Made by a program: the position numbers and the translations under genes
Assembly: GCA_036172245.1 (NCBI GenBank)
Contig: JAYWIR010000002.1
Span: 558,001 to 622,000, forward strand
Reading direction: 5' to 3'
Length of the DNA: 64,000 nucleotides
Origin: Raillietiella orientalis
Taxonomy: Eukaryota
The notes under the pieces: model-generated
Seen by the model: only the letters and a program-made list of their open reading frames with translations
What the model was told of the DNA's origin: nothing
The model's database searches: none
Part shown: positions 61,004 to 64,000 of the stretch, piece after piece
Layout of the letters: each line of letters opens with the position of its first letter
How positions within the stretch are numbered: the first letter of the stretch is position 1

Positions 61004-64000
61004 TTACAAGGAGCCACAGCTCGACGGTCCTCGAATCCGGAACAGGCGTTTTCGAAATTTCCGTCACCTTGAAATTCGGAGTTCTTCAGGAAATTTGGAG
61101 ATTGCGGTCGGCTTTCGAGAGAGGGGACGAGGGGAAAAGGGGAGGAGAGGAGGAGGGGGGACTAGAAAAACACACAAAAAAAAGCAGAAACACATGGAGG
61201 TCACCACGTGGAAACCTCGTCTTCCACCTTCTTGGAGTCTGAGCCGGCTCTCTCCTGGCGACTCTGAGAAGAAGCGATTACCCCCTCTGTGTTCGCGCGC
61301 CGATGAAGGAGTGAGGGGGGATGGGCACGGAAAACCGAGACCCCTCGAGCAGACCGCGAGGTGTCGGCGAGATCCCTCCCTGAAACCTAACTGCCGCTTC
61401 TCGACGGACCTCCAGGCCCACCCTTCAGCCCAGCTGACAATCGAGCGCTGCCGGCGGGGTCACTGGGCGCGCGACCCACGCGGGTGCAAGGAAGGAAGAA
61501 GAAGCCGGAAGTACCTTCCTTCTGCCCCGCCTACCCCTTAGGCTGCACGCCGGTTCTTCTCTTAGGTGCCAGCCCGAGCCCCATCCCGACTGCCGTCTCG
61601 AACCGAGGAGGAAGTCCTAGGGCATGCTCAGCAGCAGGAAGGATGCGCGGGGCGTCACGCGGCGACCTAACCGAAGAGAGAGATTCTCAGGAGCACTCAC
61701 GGGAACCTGGTTGCCGGAAGGCAAGGAGGTTGCTGCCGACCCTCACTCGACAGGGAGACCCCGGTGCGCCAACCTTCCGAAAAGTGGAAACAGTACCAAA
61801 AAAAAAAAAGGCTCGCTAAAATGGTAAGAGGTCATCCCGCTGCTCAGATGGACCCTTCCGGCTTTGGGCAGTCGAAAGGCTCCGTCGAACCCTCTGCTCC
61901 TGGAACGAAACCGATCCTGTTTCGACGTCTTCAAACACCAACCTTTCTCCCTTTGCGGGAGATCCACTCCTGCGCTATCTGTGAAAACGCCCCATTCCCT
62001 TCCTCGACCTTTTCCACTACCGAACTTCCAGCGCCGATCGTGATTTGATTCGCGCTCGGGGAAAGGCTGGAAGCGAGATGGCGGCGGGACGCGGAGCGGA
62101 AGACGGCCAGGAGAGAGGTCCACTGGTCCGGGAAGTGGGAACAGACGCCACGAGGCGACAGCATTAGCAGCAGTAACAGTGCGGGCACCCCTACCCAGTC
62201 CAGTTCTGACCCCCTCTTCCGGTCAAGAAGCCGTTCCGAACGACGGACGCTTGAGTTCAGGCTAGGCAGTGTGGTCCACTCCGCAGACCACGCGCTCGTT
62301 TGCCACGGTTACCAGCGGTCTCGGTTCCTTCTCCTTCGCACCTCATGCCTGATATCGGAGTCAGAAAAACAAAACCTTTGTGAACAGCGGCATCTCGTCG
62401 CCGCTGCCCAGCCTCACAAGATGATCCTCGTCCTTTCGCCCGTGGCCTTCCGAAAAAAACAATCCTTTAAAGACAGCGCCGGGGAACACAATACACAAGC
62501 AGGTGCAGGAAACGGGAGTCCTTCCCGCACTTTCTTGTCGACTGTGTTGCTCTCCAGCCCCTATGGGAACGTTTCGGAACGACCTTCCGGATCCAGGGAC
62601 GTCTTACGGCTCCTCTTTGAGCGGGATGCCCTGCATCCATCCGCAGCCCCAGCAGTGCTTTGTTGCAACCGCAGGATTGCGGCGGAGCGAAATCAACGGA
62701 GGAAGAAGAAACGAGAGGGACTCCGTCCAGTTCGCAGTTCACTTTCAGCGGTCCCACCTAGGACCTATTCGGACGGACCTAGCTATTATCCTGGAAAGGG
62801 CACAGACTCCCTCCAGTGGACTGTGATCCCTTCCCGACTCTCCATAGTATTTCTATTTATTCTTATTTATTCTTTCTTTTTTGTTTTTCTCTTTGCTTTC
62901 TTCCCTTCCCCACCGTTGTCGAGGGGAGCCCCGCCGGACTGTGAACCGGCGACCCAGAAGGTTCGTGGACAAATGAGGTGTAGTGGAATCACGTGTCCTA
63001 CCGCAATCTGTGAATTTCCTTTTCAATTTTAACGCTCCGGTATGTCCAGGTGCGAATACAACGCCGAAGAAAACTACTTTCCCGACAAACAGTTGATTCC
63101 CTTCGAGGAACACCCTTCGCCGCCTCGCTAGCGGGCAGCTCTTCAAGAGAGCAAGTGACCCGAGAACTAAGAGACGGAGTTCCGGAAGTGGTGCATCTGA
63201 CCACCGTGGGATGGAGAGAGACGAGTCTCAGAAGGTCGTTCCCGACGAGGTCGCGCGCGGGAGAGAGAGCAACCCCGAGTCTCTTTTTGCTTGTCTCGTT
63301 CGGTCGGGAGGAGGGAGGAATCTGGAAGCTGACCTTTGAGCAACTGGCGATCCCCAGCGTCGTAGGAACCCTGCCACCACAAGGTGGCAAATCCCTGAGG
63401 ACCATTCAAAGCCCTCGCTTCCGTCCAAGAATCTTCCCTCCCTCTACCCAAGCACGCACTCTTCAAAGCTCGAGGTGCCGCCATGGACCCAGCCGCTCGT
63501 TACCACCAGACAATAATCACCCGGTCTCAGCCGCCCTTGATTCTTTTACGATCCAAATGCCATTTGCCGTCGTCTCTAGGAAACCGCAGAAGTTCCCCCC
63601 CCCCCCTTCGTTCTCCCTTTCCTTGAACCTGCTCGCCTGCTCGCCTTCGCCAACCGGCGGGAAAGACGCACGCCTCTTCGCGAAGCAGGATCCGCAACAG
63701 CTTCTCCTTTTTCCTCCTCCTTCCTCTCTCGCCGACAGCGATAGGTCCTTTGGTTCTCGCGCCTCCTCTTCCCTTGAATCGGCTCTTCTCGGTCCACTGC
63801 CACCTCCGAATAAGAGGCACCACTCATGGTCACACGGTAGCTACAGACGGATGCTGGCTTCACTGTTCAGCAACCACCGCCCCGGGGGTATGAAGAGTGC
63901 TCAGAACGTCCGCTACAGTGGGGAAGCCAAACCTCCTCTGCGAGGATTCATCAGCATCGAAGACACTTCCTCCCTGGACTATGGTCGAATCCTCCGCGCG

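Noticed and set aside
50343-64000. Numerous 150-310 aa Arg/Pro/Gly/Ser-rich ORFs
   Set aside because: Expected from stop-codon scarcity in GC-rich DNA; they overlap on both strands and show no domains I recognise.

Overview
This is eukaryotic, apparently invertebrate animal DNA, not prokaryotic. I found no operons, rRNA, CRISPR array or intact gene. It reads as a large intergenic or intronic tract. GC-rich, CpG-rich blocks full of purine/pyrimidine tracts and microsatellites (about 1-11, 16.5-18.6, 30-37 and 50-64 kb) alternate with less GC-rich blocks that look like decayed transposon DNA. Nearly all ORFs in the supplied track are explainable by GC content and low complexity. The only confidently recognisable protein sequence is a 101-codon internal fragment of the non-muscle myosin II heavy-chain coiled-coil tail (10107-10409, minus strand). 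It is bracketed exactly by a 13-bp direct repeat and has no matching splice sites or poly(A), so it looks like a captured gene fragment inserted with a target-site duplication; this is the most notable observation. Directly visible: three local duplications, several near-perfect hairpins (longest a 33-bp stem at 49338-49412), a tRNA-derived Pol III head, and at least 17 copies of TTCCNGGAA. Several very degenerate TE protein relics (BEL/Pao, P-element-like, gypsy gag-like, BED-like, hAT-like) were recognised by eye only and are low confidence. I cannot support a complete novel multi-gene system here.
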